Assembly (NCBI GenBank): GCA_000708835.1
Contig: DF237211.1
Location: forward strand, 50,697-114,696
DNA from: Klebsormidium nitens
Lineage: Eukaryota; Plantae; Klebsormidiophyceae
Length of the DNA: 64,000 nucleotides
Reading direction: 5' to 3'
Below are positions 48,101 through 60,900 of this stretch, piece by piece (the stretch's first letter is position 1; every line of letters starts with the position of its first letter). The notes beneath the pieces are model-generated. The model was not told where the DNA came from. It was given only the letters and a program-made list of their open reading frames with translations, and did no database searches. A program made the translations under genes and the position numbers.

Positions 48101-50883
48101 CTGGGTGTACTTGGAATGGAGATGCGAGGCTGGAAGGCCTAGCACTTTTCTGGTCGACGCAAAACCTTCCGCTTCTCAGGGACAAGCTCCTTGAGGTCAT
48201 GAATTGAAATCTTTCTTTCCGAGTGGACCATATAAGAGAACAATGGTTCCTTGTATCGCCTACCGTTTGTGGTCGGATGCTATCCCTTGTCAGACACATC
48301 AGATTGTCACTTTCTACCACCCCAAGCAGTCGCTGATACGTTGGCTGAGGCCATTGAAACACAGCGGTGCACTTGTAGGATTCCACGTTCGTCCCCCTCG
48401 CATAATCAAATCTCGGGACCCCATTGTTCTTCCCTCTGCCAGCAGGTGCGCAATGCTCAACGCTGAGGTTCCAACTCAGATGGTTCGTTGACCATGCTTA
48501 TAAACCGCTTCTTCTCCTCCTGTCCAGTTGCCGGAGGGGCTGCCAATTTACAACGTGGAGGTCATACCCATGAAGCGGGCGGACGGCAAGTTCTCGGACT
48601 CGATCGGACAGGTGAGGCAACCGAATCCAACCGAGTCAGATTGTCGTGAGTTGCGTTGACACCACAAGGGGAACACTAAGTTGGCTTTGGGCGTTGGATC
48701 AAAACTCAAAACTCTCTCAGCAGACGTGACCTTCTCAAACGCCGCTGGAGAATCCATGTTCAAACATCAATGCACTTTCGTTCACGATGGAATAATCCAA
48801 GGGCATTCAGATGACCGTTTGCTCGGAGCGAAATGGTTGGACTTCTAAAGGCGGTCACCCCGTCCCTGAGTTGTCGAGTACTGACGGATGGTTCTCTGGC
48901 TCGTGGTGTCCCGCTCGCAGCTGATGCAATCCATCGAGCACTTCGTCGTCATTCAAGAAGACATCTCTCCGGACGAGGTCCCGGCTCACCGCGACGGCAG
49001 CAGCACGGCGGAGACGAGCGCGAGCGACGGCCAGTCAGAGGGCGCCACGTTGGCAGAGTACCGCGGCTGGGTGGAGGAGATCCTCGCCATGGACAAGTGC
49101 AAGCTGGAGCTGCCCGGGAGCAAATTCAGCGCCCGGAAGGGGCGGCAGAAGACTAAGGTGAGCAGGCTGGGCGAGTGCCCGGGGAATGGGAACCGGAGGG
49201 AAGAAAGCGAGCGCACGTGGGCTGCTGTGAGACGAGCTGTTTTGAACACTCACAGCAGAGAGGCGGTACGCGAGTCTGCCTGCTCGCGAGGAAAGCAAGG
49301 CCCTACGGGCTTGTCTCTTTTCAATCATTGCGGACAGTCACCTGCTGATTTGCCGGCTTCGGAGTCGGTAAGAGATTCCCGGCAGTGGTGATCAAAGCAG
49401 AGAGCAGAAAGGTGTGATGAGTCCTACGCTCCTTTCGGAACCGGCAAATTCGTTCGGACAGACCCGATAGCCTTTACGTCCAGGAAGCGAAAGCCAACAT
49501 CCTTCCCGTTTCAACACGGAAACACCGTTCTCTTTTTTTGTGCTGCCAGGCTATTGACGCGCGTAAGCCCATTCTCGGGTTGGAGGCGCTGCCGTGGGGG
49601 GCCGGTCCCCAGGCGCTGTGGGCTAATTACGGCGGCCCCGAGCGGGGCCCTGGGGCGGTGACGCTTCGTTACGTCAGCCAGGCGGCGCAGACGGAGCCCG
49701 CTCTCACGCCAGCGGCGCTAGTGAAGCTTATGGCTAAGGTGGGACCCCGATCTAGTTCTTGCGGGTGCGGGTAAGAGCTTAGCTAAGTAGACGTTTGAGG
49801 CTTCAAAAAGCTTCGAAGGTGTCTTCCATATAAGGCGTTTTGTAGTCTACTTTTGCAGTCAAGCTTCCTGGTGCAGCATTCCGCATCAGCAAAAGCTTGA
49901 TACGATTTAGAGCCTTCCGACCACGTTTTTGTCTTTCTGCCACGAGCCCGGCTCAAGTACCGGATTGGCTATCTCTGCATCCTCTGAGCTCCCTAGATCC
50001 GCCTATGTCTCTTCGCAAATTTCTATTCTATCTGGCCGAATTCCTTCTCGCAAGTAGGTTTCTCGGTGCAAAGGCGTACTGGCCTTCTACCCGTCCTCCC
50101 CCAATCCTTTGTGGTGCAACCGGAATGTTTGAAATCTTGAACTGAGGTTCTCAAATCGCCGACATACTATGACAATGGTCGTGATTTGTCCTCCCCGTGC
50201 GTCTCCAGGTCTCGAAGCGGCGCTTCGTCTCTCTGCACGTGCACCGGAGCGCCATAGGACTGGCGGAGCCGTCGAAACCGCAGGTCAGCTGGGCCACATG
50301 ACTCAACGAATCCAATTGTGCGATCCCGTTTGCGAGAGACTTTTGACGGCCATCCGTTTGCAACCCTGTTCTGTGTGAACAGTAGGGCGCAATTGCAGGC
50401 CGTTGTCATGGTCTGCGAAAAGCGCTTTCTTGCCAAGTTGATGGTCAGGACTCCAGCTTAAACAAAACGTGTTGCGGTCAAGTAGGTCAAGCGGCCAATA
50501 TTGAAGCTCTTTTTCCGGACGATTCCTCTCATGGGTCCGAGTCCTTGCTCGCTGTCAGCCATCTTCGTTGCTCCGACAATCCACTCCTTATAGATCGACG
50601 GACACTATCCCCCAGATCTGAAGCTGAGCACAAGCGCTGAGGCCTTGTTCAACCGTTACTTCGTTCTTGTACGCAGGTGGATACCCGGTACTTGGCCTTC
50701 CTGTGCCGGGACGAGGCCCATGCTGCAGCGTACCGCCAGTTTGATGGAACGAGCAGGATCGAGCAACCGAACTGGCCGGGTTACAAAAAGCAGTCCAAAA
50801 ACGTGTACGAAGCGTCGACCTACGCACGAGAAATGGCGCAGAACTCAAAGGGACAAAAGCTCGCTAGTGTAGGAACATTCTGA
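36139..50883 (+). CDS. Cyanobacterial-type TIGR03960 (B12-binding-like) radical SAM protein with C-terminal TIGR03936/DUF2344 domain and N-terminal transit peptide; ~21 exons
   Basis: IQKPTRYLGNEFGAVHKEW..YPEEYEIGASNMGH, LFAVESKRSLADFDALGFSLAYELGATNILEML, PTATSNPEPFADFFDF..GDGEE, ETIHDRLTVEIRRGCTRGCRFCQPGM (CxxxCxxC), LTFAPEGGTQRMRDIINKG, VKLYFMIGLPGET, FTPKPHTPFQW. DUF2344-type RLRVRYGKLG..VGHLDLQKLFERALRRA..GFHALPRIAIAKALQLG. Exon phases checked for the first five exons and several later junctions. Confidence 0.92.
38235..38529. repeat. Intronic inverted repeat (foldback/MITE-like)
   Basis: cgtggaaggagaacgtggaccaaattcg (38235-38262) is the exact reverse complement of 38502-38529. Imperfect pairing extends inward to gtaccc (38294) / gggtac (38469). 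Confidence 0.8.
40250..40650 (+). repeat. Two upstream intronic copies of the acceptor plus CxxxCxxC-coding exon start
   Basis: ccgcccc(a)gggg(t)tgcacccggg..gccg(c/g)ttctg at ~40250 and ~40402, and the true exon at 40617. Confidence 0.85.
44100..44700 (+). repeat. Duplicated acceptor region (2 x ~95 bp) and triplicated donor region around exon 44261-44405
   Basis: cctgatgccacg.gtcgtctcc.cacaaacact...cttgtgctctccc..(t/c)aggtagaagcggg appears twice (~44104, ~44195). gccctgggacatcgtcga(t/a)gt.ag appears at ~44385 and ~44538, with a degenerate copy at ~44671. Confidence 0.85.
46688..47342 (+). repeat. Five tandem ~145-bp copies of exon 3' end plus 5' splice site (DUF2344 exon)
   Basis: catcgccatcgccaaggcgctgcag.t.gg.gc.ag.agcaccg..gaggta ends at 46759 (real exon), ~46908, ~47049 and ~47201, with a decayed copy at ~47340. 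Confidence 0.95.
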
Positions 50884-52347
50884 GGTACTACGATTGGCGT
50901 CATTCGTGTTGCAAACAACTTCGTGTTGAGTACGTGCTGAAAGACGAGTTCATACACGACGGGCGTACTAGCCGTGTAGCACCTGTTTGCACGGCTAGTG
51001 TTCAATGAGTTCGGCTATTCTGCGCGGGGTTGCAGAGCTTACGCACCTTGCTCGACCTGTGCCTTCCATCTCACAAAACGTATTTGGCTTTGTCTTGGCC
51101 GTTAGGTTGCAACACGTCGCAAGCTTTGCGAAAAATGAAGAGCCATTACTGCTTATTCCAGACATGCACTTGGAAGCTCTTGAAGGACCATTTACTTTAG
51201 CTAGCAGGCTAAGCATGCATGAGCCTCGAAGTCTTCAAATGCAAAGCACGTGCATGATGCATCCCCAAAAGGCGTTCTAGTTAGGTGCACTGGCAAGCCG
51301 GGTGCATTTTCATGGTGGTAAAACTTGGCCACCGCACTACCCTAGCTCATGTAAGTGCATGCCAAAGACTTTGTCAAGTCTTGATCAGAATGGTCTCTCA
51401 CTGAATGCTTTGGCTCTATCGTGGCATGCTGCACTTTATGATGCAGTAAGATATTTCTATTTGATCGACGTATGTTGGTGCAAGACGCATGTCCCCTGAT
51501 TGTCAACATCAATGGCATTGGGAAATTGATATGCCAAAATATCATCCTGGCAAACCTGTGGCAACCTAGTCCCTACACAATGCACAGGTCACAAACAACA
51601 TGATCCACACTAGTTACGTTGATACCGGTAGTCAAAACTCTACCTACCGTCTTTCACCGCCAGCGGCGCCAGGCCAGATACCTGAGATAGAGCTAGGTCT
51701 GAGCTAGGTAGTACCGTCAGGACTCAGGATGCAAGGCCAAGGATCCTGAGTCGTCGATCGTCAGACTGTCAACCGTACGTTCGCAAAGAAGTGAAGGCTA
51801 GTATGGACTCTCAGCTGTCCGATCGTTTTGTAGACGATCAACGGCTGCGGATGAATTTTCTTCTACGTGCCAGCTGGGGCAGGCTGGAGCTTGGCGCACG
51901 TGTTTTGAAATTTTTACCAGTCGGGCTCTGCAAGCAGCATTCAGGGCAGGTATGATCAGACTCAGAGTCTTTGCAGAATCTATGGGCGGCGCCATGGCGA
52001 TCAGGGGCGCCACAAGATCGTGGGAACAGTCAGGAGCTAGGTAGCTCAACCGCAACGGGTGCCAGGAGCATCAGAAGCAAAGCCGATCCTCTTTCCTCGA
52101 AAGGGTCCGTTTTCAGCCTCACCGCGGTTGTGCAGAGTTTCTGCTGCAGTCAGAAACCTGATGCCAGTGAGGGCGACAATACGAAGGAGGCGGCTTCTTT
52201 TGAGCCTAGAGCTGCATGGATGAGATGTCAGTCACATCCGGGTGACCTGTTGCTGGATTTAGACTGGGTTTGGACTGAGCCTGAAGCGCTCTGCTAGGTT
52301 TCGGTGCACGCAGGATGTAACCAAGAGAAAATGCCGTTTGCATCACG

Positions 52348-55300
52348 ATGATGGGGAAGAGGAAAGCACCCTCCAGTTCCTCAACTCCACCTGGCCAAAA
52401 AGCAAAGGGCCCCCGGCAGGACTCAGGTGCGGCGGATGGCTCATTGCCTGAGCGGCGGTCATTTGTGCACGGATCTGCTTTCCTCATCGTGTGCTTCGCC
52501 TGCTTTCTCCTTGGGTTTCGCCTTTCCTGGGAGGGCAAGGCTGCATTCCTGGGTGCTTACCGGATTGGTCCTGAATCCGGCAAGCTGGTGTTGAGGGACA
52601 CCGGGACGAGCTTGGATTACGCTGACAGCGAGTCAGGAGGCGGCGCAGCGCAGGGGGGGCTGGATTTGCGGCCAGGGGCGTGGGAGAGCGGACAGGGTGA
52701 CAAGTACGGGGCTGGAGTCGCTGATGGGGAGTGGGAGAGGATCGAGACGAGGATCTTAGCATCAGCAGGGGGGGTGGTGAATGCTTCAGAGAGCAATCGC
52801 AGCAGAAGACTGCTGCCACGGCCTCCTCCCTCGCCCCCGGAGCACCCATGGGTTGGTCGGCACAACATTTCCGTCCGACCGTGGCCGCACCCAGACGCGG
52901 GGGAAACGCTGCTGGCGCATGCATTAATTGCAGCAGTACAGGTGCTTACCAGATCCTGAGAGGACTTGCCTGTTGCTCGTTCTCTTGTTGTTTTGTCCTG
53001 CGTCTTTGAGGGACGTCGTCACCTCCTGAGAGGATGTCAACACTAGGGCGTGTGAACTTCTGGTTATAGGGTCAATTGTAAAATCCTTACTGTGATGAGG
53101 CATTAAGCAGATTGATGGATCGAAGAGGCTCAGTAAGAGAATCTAGGGTAGCAGCAGACCTTTGTTGATTATACATCTGGAGATTTTCAAACTGAGGTGG
53201 TTGGCAATGCTATCCCCGTGCAAAAGGTGCTGGCACTTTCTTGCAGAAGGAACACAGGAGACATGGCACTCTACTGGAGAAAGTCTAGCGAAATCACACC
53301 ACCACGATCGCTGGCTTATATGAGTGCATCTGGCATAGCAATGCTGTCTTGCAAGCTCCTATTCTAGGGTCATTTCAGGCTTGGTTGATTGTTCCATTTG
53401 GCGAAAGTCAATCAGTCTTGATCGTGTTAACTATCTAGGGAAAGTTAGGTGCGCCGCCTGGTAAATGGCCCTTCGTCTTGCTGGACGTTGCGCTTTGGTT
53501 GGTCTTGGATCTTGAAGGAAAGGCTGCTACTTGAGCCGGCAGATCCTGCTTGTGACCAAACACAGGCCACTCATTCTCCAAGCCCTGTGCACCTGGACCG
53601 CGCACATTTCAGCCGAAGCTGCATGTACGCTTAGGTTTACTTCGTTCTCCCTCACGGTCACTTCCCGCCTCAATCTGCTCAAAATATGCATATCACCCCC
53701 TGATGCAGCGCGAGCAGCAAAACCAGTTCGGCGTCCCCCTTGATCGTCGAAAACGCATGATTGTCGTCACGCCGACCTACCGCCGCGCCTTTCAGCAAAT
53801 CCACTTGAGCCACCTTACGGACACCCTGCGCCTCGCCCCGGAACCCCTCTCCTGGCTGGTGGTCGAGGCCGGCGGCCCCACCGAAGAAACGCAGGCCATT
53901 CTGAGCAAGACGGGACTGGCAGACATCCACCTGCTTCCCGTACCCGGGGTAACCATGCCCGACGTGCGAGCGCCGGAACGGCCGATCGTCGAGGACTACC
54001 TGCGTGATGTCGCGCTGGGGTACATCCAGAAACAAGCAATGGAGGGCGTCGTCGTCTTTGCGGACGACAGCGCGACGCTGCGCCTGGCGCTCTTCCAGGA
54101 GCTGCAGAAGGTGCGCTGGTTTGCTGCGTTCTCGGTGGGGATGCTCGTGCAGGGGGGGGGCAGCCAGGTGGATCTCCCGGTGCAGGGCCCCGTGTGCGGC
54201 CCCGAGGGGGACGTGCGGGGGTGGCATGCAGCTGACCACGAACTGCTGCGGTTGAAGAAGCCGGCTGTGGTCCCAAAAAGAGCGCTGCTTGGCGCCGCGG
54301 AGAAGAGACTGCCGGGAGGGGAGGGAGCACAGCGGCGGTTGCTAGCGCTTGAGGTTCCAGAAAGAACCGAGGGGTTTGGGGCCGGAAGCGATTCAATCAG
54401 CCAGTTGGGGGCGGGGACTGTCGTACGGCAGCTGCAGCAAGTGGAGCAGTCCGAGTACTTTGAGCCCGAGCTGTTCATTCCGAAACTAGAGTGGGTGGGG
54501 TTTGCCTTCAATGCGCGCCTGCTGTGGGCCCCAGCAGAGCGGCCCGCCTGGTTGCGGGAGTGGAAACCGTCGACGACACTAGGGAAGGTGGACGCTGTCG
54601 TCGGGGATTACGAGGGCGACGAGGACCCTACCGATTTATTGGCCAGGATGGTTGAGGACGAGTCGCAGGTCGAGACGCTGGGGCGGTGCGGAAAGGACGT
54701 GCTTGCGTGGTGGCTCAAAGTTGAGGCTGCTGAGGAAGGGCAGTATCCGGCCGGGTGGCGCCTGGCGGAGAATCTGCCGGTGGTGGCGGAGCCGCAGGAG
54801 TGGAGCGAGGAGCAGTGGGCGGAGTACGAGGCGCGGCTGGTGGAGGAGAAGAAGAAGAAGAAGAAGAAAAAGTCCAAGAAGAAAAAGAAAGGTCGGATAC
54901 GCGAACTTGAGGATTCAACACTCAACGAAACCTGGTTTTTTTTCATGTGAAGCTTGAAAAGAGAATCCAGCCCTGGGGCTTGCAAAGACCGAATCGGTAC
55001 TGGCTTGTAGAGACTGGATTTGGTACTGGTGCAGACGAAGATGACGATGAGCGTCGAGCGGGCGCCTTGAAAAATGGCTTTATTGAGCCACTCGTGTGCA
55101 GTTTGGGGCGGTCGTCAGCAGTATGTTGGACCTCGATCCTATTTGGCAACGGGAATGCTGTTCCACACGACATAACACGGGCTTATGTGATCTTTGCAGC
55201 CCCAGAAGCCACGAAAGTTGAAGAGGATGCGGCGGCCAGGCAAGCAGCGGAGCAGGCTGCTGCAGACGAAGCACGGCGGGTGGAGGAGGAGAAGCAGAGG

Positions 55301-56330
55301 GAACTGGTGAGTCTCGAGACAGAAACGATTGTGATTGACCAGTCAAAAAAACATTCTTCTTTAAAAGAGAAACAAGAGGAAGCCAGGCAACCCTGCCTTT
55401 GGAACCACACCTTAAGGGTTGGGGTAACGACTTAAGGGCCTGGCCGATTTTCATATTGCCTGAAACAGTTGCAGTTATTCTTTCTGTTTTGTTTATATGA
55501 AGGCATCTCGGTGGCTTTCTTTTGTGTCAGAGAGTCTTTGAGACCACTGGACTACACGCTGTTTAAGAGCTCAGCAGATGCTTTCGCATGGGGACAATCC
55601 CTGCAAATTGGATCTTTATGCCCTATTTGCAGTAGCAGGTTGCTCTTCTACCCACCCATGGCTTGTTCAAGCATGTACTACATCGGGTTCCGCCATGATG
55701 CGAGTGGCGTTATGCAGTCTTTTACTGGTCTCTTGCTCCTTCTGTCTGTCTGTATCAGGTTGTTTTAGCAGCTTCGCAAGACTGTAATTTGTTTACCTCG
55801 CCAGCGTTTCTGAAACATATGCAACAGATGATGCACGAAAGCAGTGAGCTTACTCGAGCACTTTGAAATCCTGCGTTTGTCGCGTATTCGATTGCGCCTG
55901 TGTAAGAGTTTTCACAAGATCCTTCAGAACTGAAAAGGAGGAAGGCAAGGAAGTTCGGAGGCAGTCGCAAACGTCTGTTTGAGTATAGTTGACTTCGTTC
56001 ACCCAAGTCTCCTTCAGGCTGAATGATCGACATTTCATGTAGGAACAGGAGGCGGCACGACAAGCAGAGGAGGAGCGACAGACCAGATTAGCAGAGGCAC
56101 AAAAGGCTGAGGTAGAAGATAATCTAGATAGCGTGCAAAAAGCTAAAGCTGAGGTCAGGACAGACCCCGAGAAAGAAGGGGAGAAAGCAGAAAGTAAGCT
56201 GGAAAGCTCAGCATTGGCCGAAAAAGAGGCGCTAACAAACAATGCGAAGGAGGTCCTAAATAAGTTGGTTGAGGGGGCAGATGGTGGTGTCGCTGATGAT
56301 ACCCAAGCGAGGGAAAAGCAAACATCATAA
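52348..56330 (+). CDS. IRX14: Glycosyltransferase family 43, IRX14-like xylan synthesis protein; join(52348-52941,53709-54891,55200-55306,56043-56330)
   Basis: Type II TM (FLIVCFACFLLGFRLSW). MIVVTPTYRRAFQQIHL..LSWLVVEAGGPTEET, GVVVFADDS, VRWFAAFSVGML, LPVQGPVC..VRGWH, PKLEWVGFAFNARLLW, LGRCGKDVLAWWLKVEA..YPAGW. Exon phases are compatible. Confidence 0.9.
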
Positions 56331-57919
56331 CGGTGAGCGACGAAGTTGTGGTTGGGCTCTTTGTTTGGCAGCTAATGCTTCCTACAGCAGGATGGTGAGT
56401 ATCCTTGTTGAATGAAAAGATGCTACGAATCTAATTTAAGCCGAAGCAAAGTATTGTGATGATACGATGCTTCTTGGAGGATCTACGTTTGGCCCGGGCA
56501 TGGACAGAAGCTCAGCATGCGTTTTTGTCATACAGCTTGTATCAAAGTGTTCCGGATGATGCAAGCCCTTAATATAAATGACTGAACGATTGGCTTACAA
56601 GAAACATGTGGTCAACCTTGGTGAAACAAATGGATAAACGACATGTGAGCATGCATTTTCTCCATCAATGGTTGGAACCTCGAAAGAGTTCGCAGACACG
56701 TCGAGAATTTCAAGTAAGAATATATTCCACAATGACAGCGCCGGCGCTTTGTGCTGCTGATCCATTCAAGAGCTGCGATCTGTGCCGCCATTTCTGTACG
56801 TCACGGTCGAACCTTAAAGTTAGAGAGTCAGACGCGCAAACGTTTTGCACACAAGTCGATGATCAAGCTGGGGATGCATGGAGTTATGGCCGTCGATGTT
56901 GCCCTCCTCGCATCGGACGTCACAAATGGCAGCGCGGGATAAAAGAGCAAGACTGTACGAAATCAAGCTGTTCGATGGTTTCTTTCGAGAAGCAATCTAA
57001 CGGCTTGGGATCGCGCCCAAGCCAAGTTCACAGCATTGCTCGGGTCAAAGGTACGGTGCACTCCTGCATGAGCATTCATTTTCAAGCAGGACAATTTCCA
57101 GACTTCAGCAAGCCCTGGCAGTGCCAGCATAGGTATCTAAAACATCTGATTCTAAAAAGCTGCATTGGACGTGCATGAAGGCTGAACCCTTCATTGAAGG
57201 TCCTTTTGCCGTTGGCCAGGCCCGCTGCAAAAAGGTTCTGGTCTAGAAAGTGTACCACTAGGCTGGGGCCGCAGTCATAAAAATTGATGATGCAATCCGA
57301 GTACCAAGCTGATAGTCGCGGTGGTTGTTGATTTTGTCGCACTTGTTTTGAGGCAAAGTGTCAGTGCCCAGAGCATACACGGACGGCGCGAGCTTGAAGT
57401 TGCATCCATCGATCATGAGCACCATATTTGCCGGCAAGCGCAGGTTTGGTGAGTGCTTTCTTTCGCCTTTGGAGCTCTCGCAAGCAATCTGATGTGCAAG
57501 CCACAGTCACGGTCTCCCACCTTCAGAGCTCTTTAATTTTCGTCCTTATGTTCGATACTAATGGTCCTCGCTGATTTGCAATCTGCCCACAGTTTTTCTT
57601 CTGTGACTTTTGAATGTCAAGGGGAACACAAGAGTAGCTTCAAAGCCTCATTCACCTATTCACCACATATTGTTCTTTTGTACAAGTCGGCGAATTTCGG
57701 TTGCAGAGCAGCTTCAAGCTTGTGTCTGTCTCGCTTGCGCTCTAAAATGTAGCGCCCTCTACCCTCAAGGCTTAATCAATTTTGGATTGGAATTTCAGGT
57801 TGTGACGGTCAGGGGCGGTCCCTGTGATGTGACTTCAATCAATCGGCATTGATATGCTGCAATATTCCCAAACAGCCGCTGGACCTCCTTCAACTTTGAC
57901 AGTTCTTCAAGAAGGGAAG

Positions 57920-60900
57920 ATGGCAGCCACTGAACAGGAGATTGATGATGCGATCAGGAAGAGAGCGCCAAAGTTCCGTTCAGAAGCGGAGTGAGTAGTC
58001 CTTGTAAACGCATCCTCATTTTGAGCCAGTTTCATGCGCTGCGGTCATGGTTGGAGGCATTGGTGCTTTTGCCTGGACAGGGTGTTTGCTGAGAGCAGTT
58101 AGACACAGGGTAAATTTAAGTGGCTTGAAGCGCATACATGGCCTCTCTTGGAGGAATCATTGCCCTGTTCTGCCCCTGCTTGAGCTTGATACAGATACAC
58201 GCTTTCTGCAGAACTATCACAATGAGAATCGTGCGGCGGCTCCTGGAAGAAGACCTTGGACTGCCAGCAGGGTCCCTTGAATCTCGGAAGAAGTATATCA
58301 GTGCCGCGGTAGACAGGGTAAGCGGAACGCAAGCACCTCAGCTGCTTGCTTGAGTTCTGTGCCGTCCAACCCTTGCAGGTCATGTCACATCATGGGCGAG
58401 CTAAAAGGTGGCTTTCAAACTTTGGGCTCTGCAGGGAAACTAGTCAAAAAAAGATCTGGAGATCTATGTTTCGTTCCACAATCCTCGTCCCAAACTCCGG
58501 CAAACCGCTCATAAGGCCTCACCAGCACAGCATTTTTCCAGAGATTTGATCATTCTTTCACGGTAGAAGTTGATGAAATATATTGCGACATCGCAGGTAC
58601 TGAATGAGGCAACACGGAGCAATGGGGCGGCAAACTACGGGGCAAATGCTGAGGCACCTGGAACCCCCAAGGGGGCTCTCATGGATAGAGGCCAACAAGG
58701 GGAGCCGCCTGGGCACAAGTCTGAAGCGGAAGAGACGCCAGAGGCTTCTGATGAGGAGGAGGAGGAAGAGGTGGTAGTACACAAAAAACGGAAAGCAACG
58801 GAGCAGTCGGGAGGCAAGCATACTCGGCGTCATGTGAAGATGGACGAGGAGAAAGACAGTGAGAACGAAGCAGGTGAAATTCTTCACATGCAAAGCCCTG
58901 CTATCTACTCTCTTGCAAAGAAGATTCCGTTCTTCCATAGTCGAAGTGCCTGAAATTTTCTTTGCATTGTGACCGGCCAAGCATCATCTAATGATTATGC
59001 ATGCTTCGGAAGACCTCTGGTCAGAGCATTTATGACACCCGACTCACCGACGAATCTGGTCGATTGTGCAGCCGAGGAAGAATCTGAGGAAGAAGAGCGA
59101 CATGTGAGGAGGATACAGAAGAAAGAATTGAAGGTTAAAGGGACCAAGCAGATGAGGCGCAGTGAACATAAGCCTGCGCCAAAGGACGAGGAAGAAGAGA
59201 CGGAAGAATCGTCTAGTGAGAATGCCTCGCCTTTCTTGAGCAGGGAGGACTATTGTAGCCATTATCAACTCTTTGATAAGAACTGAAGTTGAGGAATGCT
59301 GAGCAATATTGTCCACTGGAAGCGGAAGGATCCTCTCTGGGTGCAAGGTGTCGCAACTTGGCCAAAACTATGGGACTCGACGTCCCTGTTGAGTGTCTGA
59401 CAATCTGCAAAAACCAATGCACAGTAATCTCTATCTAACAGGTGAAAGCGAAGAAACGGACCAGGAAGAAGCAGTTGTGAAAGAAAGGGCCAGAAAACGA
59501 GAGCCCCAGTCAGACGAGGAAGAGAGCGACGAGGAGTCAGGTATCCAACTTCGAGCTCTTTCTACCACCACTTGTGACTGTCAGCGGGCTGATACACAAC
59601 TTCCCCACCGGTCGGCCTTAATCGACAAGTTGCGCCGTTTCAATCTTCGACTTCCATTTCAAGGACCGACGATTGGGTTGTCAAGGTCGGAGCTCCTGAG
59701 AGCTTTGGACGAGCAGCATTACGCACGGACACGAGGTTTCCGGGACAAACAGCGACTCGGAGATTACACATGACTTCATGCATCTCTCGAGCTCGAAATT
59801 CCCCACTAATGGTAGGATTATGCTGATACGTTTCCCCCCCAATGAAATTTGTTTCACGTTCTGCCTTCAATAGGTCTCAAGGTGTGAATGCCCTGAGGAT
59901 GCAAGCTGTGATGACTGCTGCAGGCTCCAGCGAAGACGAGAAGCCGGGACCATCAAAGCGGCGAAAAAAAGAGGAGAGCTCGTCGGAGGCCGAAAGCGGG
60001 GAGAGTGCAGACTCGGAAGAGGAGCCCACCCGTAAGCAGACGTCGCGGAGGGAAGCTGTCAAGAAGAAAAGAGAAGATGAGGTACGGATTCTTCCGTTGG
60101 GTGACCACAGGATTGAGTGCGGGTCTTGCTTCCGCATATCGTCGAAGAGCAATTGAAAGGTTGCAATTTCAGTGGGCCAAACTTTGCCTGCTGTTAAGGG
60201 TATCGCCATACTCAGGCAAGAATCGTCGTCTCGAGTCTAACTCGTTCTTATCGGTACTCTTTCTCGGGGACCTCAGAGGAGACCGGATCAGCTCTGAGCT
60301 TCGAGGACCCCGTGTGCAGGTTCCAAGCAAGCCGTCTCAAGCTGCCTACCTGACTACCAAGCGGGTCGTGGAGCTGAAAAGCATTTTGAAGCAGTGCGGC
60401 ATCACGTAAGTGGACAGACTGATGGTGCCTTGTTGCCGAGTCAATTTCGAATCATCACTTGCAGTTTCCGCTTTCTTTCGGAGTTTCGAATTTCCTAGCT
60501 GGCGCTACAGCATAGTGGCGCGTACTACTAGCGTCTGGAACTGGGAACCGCTCGAACACGTGGCGAGCGCCCCAAGTAAGATCCATGTCATGTTTTGTGA
60601 GGCCAAGCGCCGGTGTCTCTTTTGTTTTTTCCTCATCCTGACTGCCCAAATCTTATGTTGGAAGAAGTGTAGGCTACAAAGATGTCTGAGGACGCTGAGC
60701 ACTTATGAAAGCACCTGAAGACCTTTTCGTCCTAGAGAAGTCTCAATATTGGCACGCATCATGTCAGCGCTTTTACTCATTCACAGATTGATGTCACTTG
60801 ACGTCGTTTCTATTGCGGTACCCATGCAGGATTCCTCCGGCGGTGTACAAGAAGGCAAAGGATGCAGACGCCGAGAATCGGCAAGAGGCCCTGATTCGCG

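Noticed and set aside
56606-57178. 190-aa Cys-rich ORF between IRX14 and HIRIP3
   Set aside because: No consistent zinc-finger spacing, splice context or family motif could be supported.
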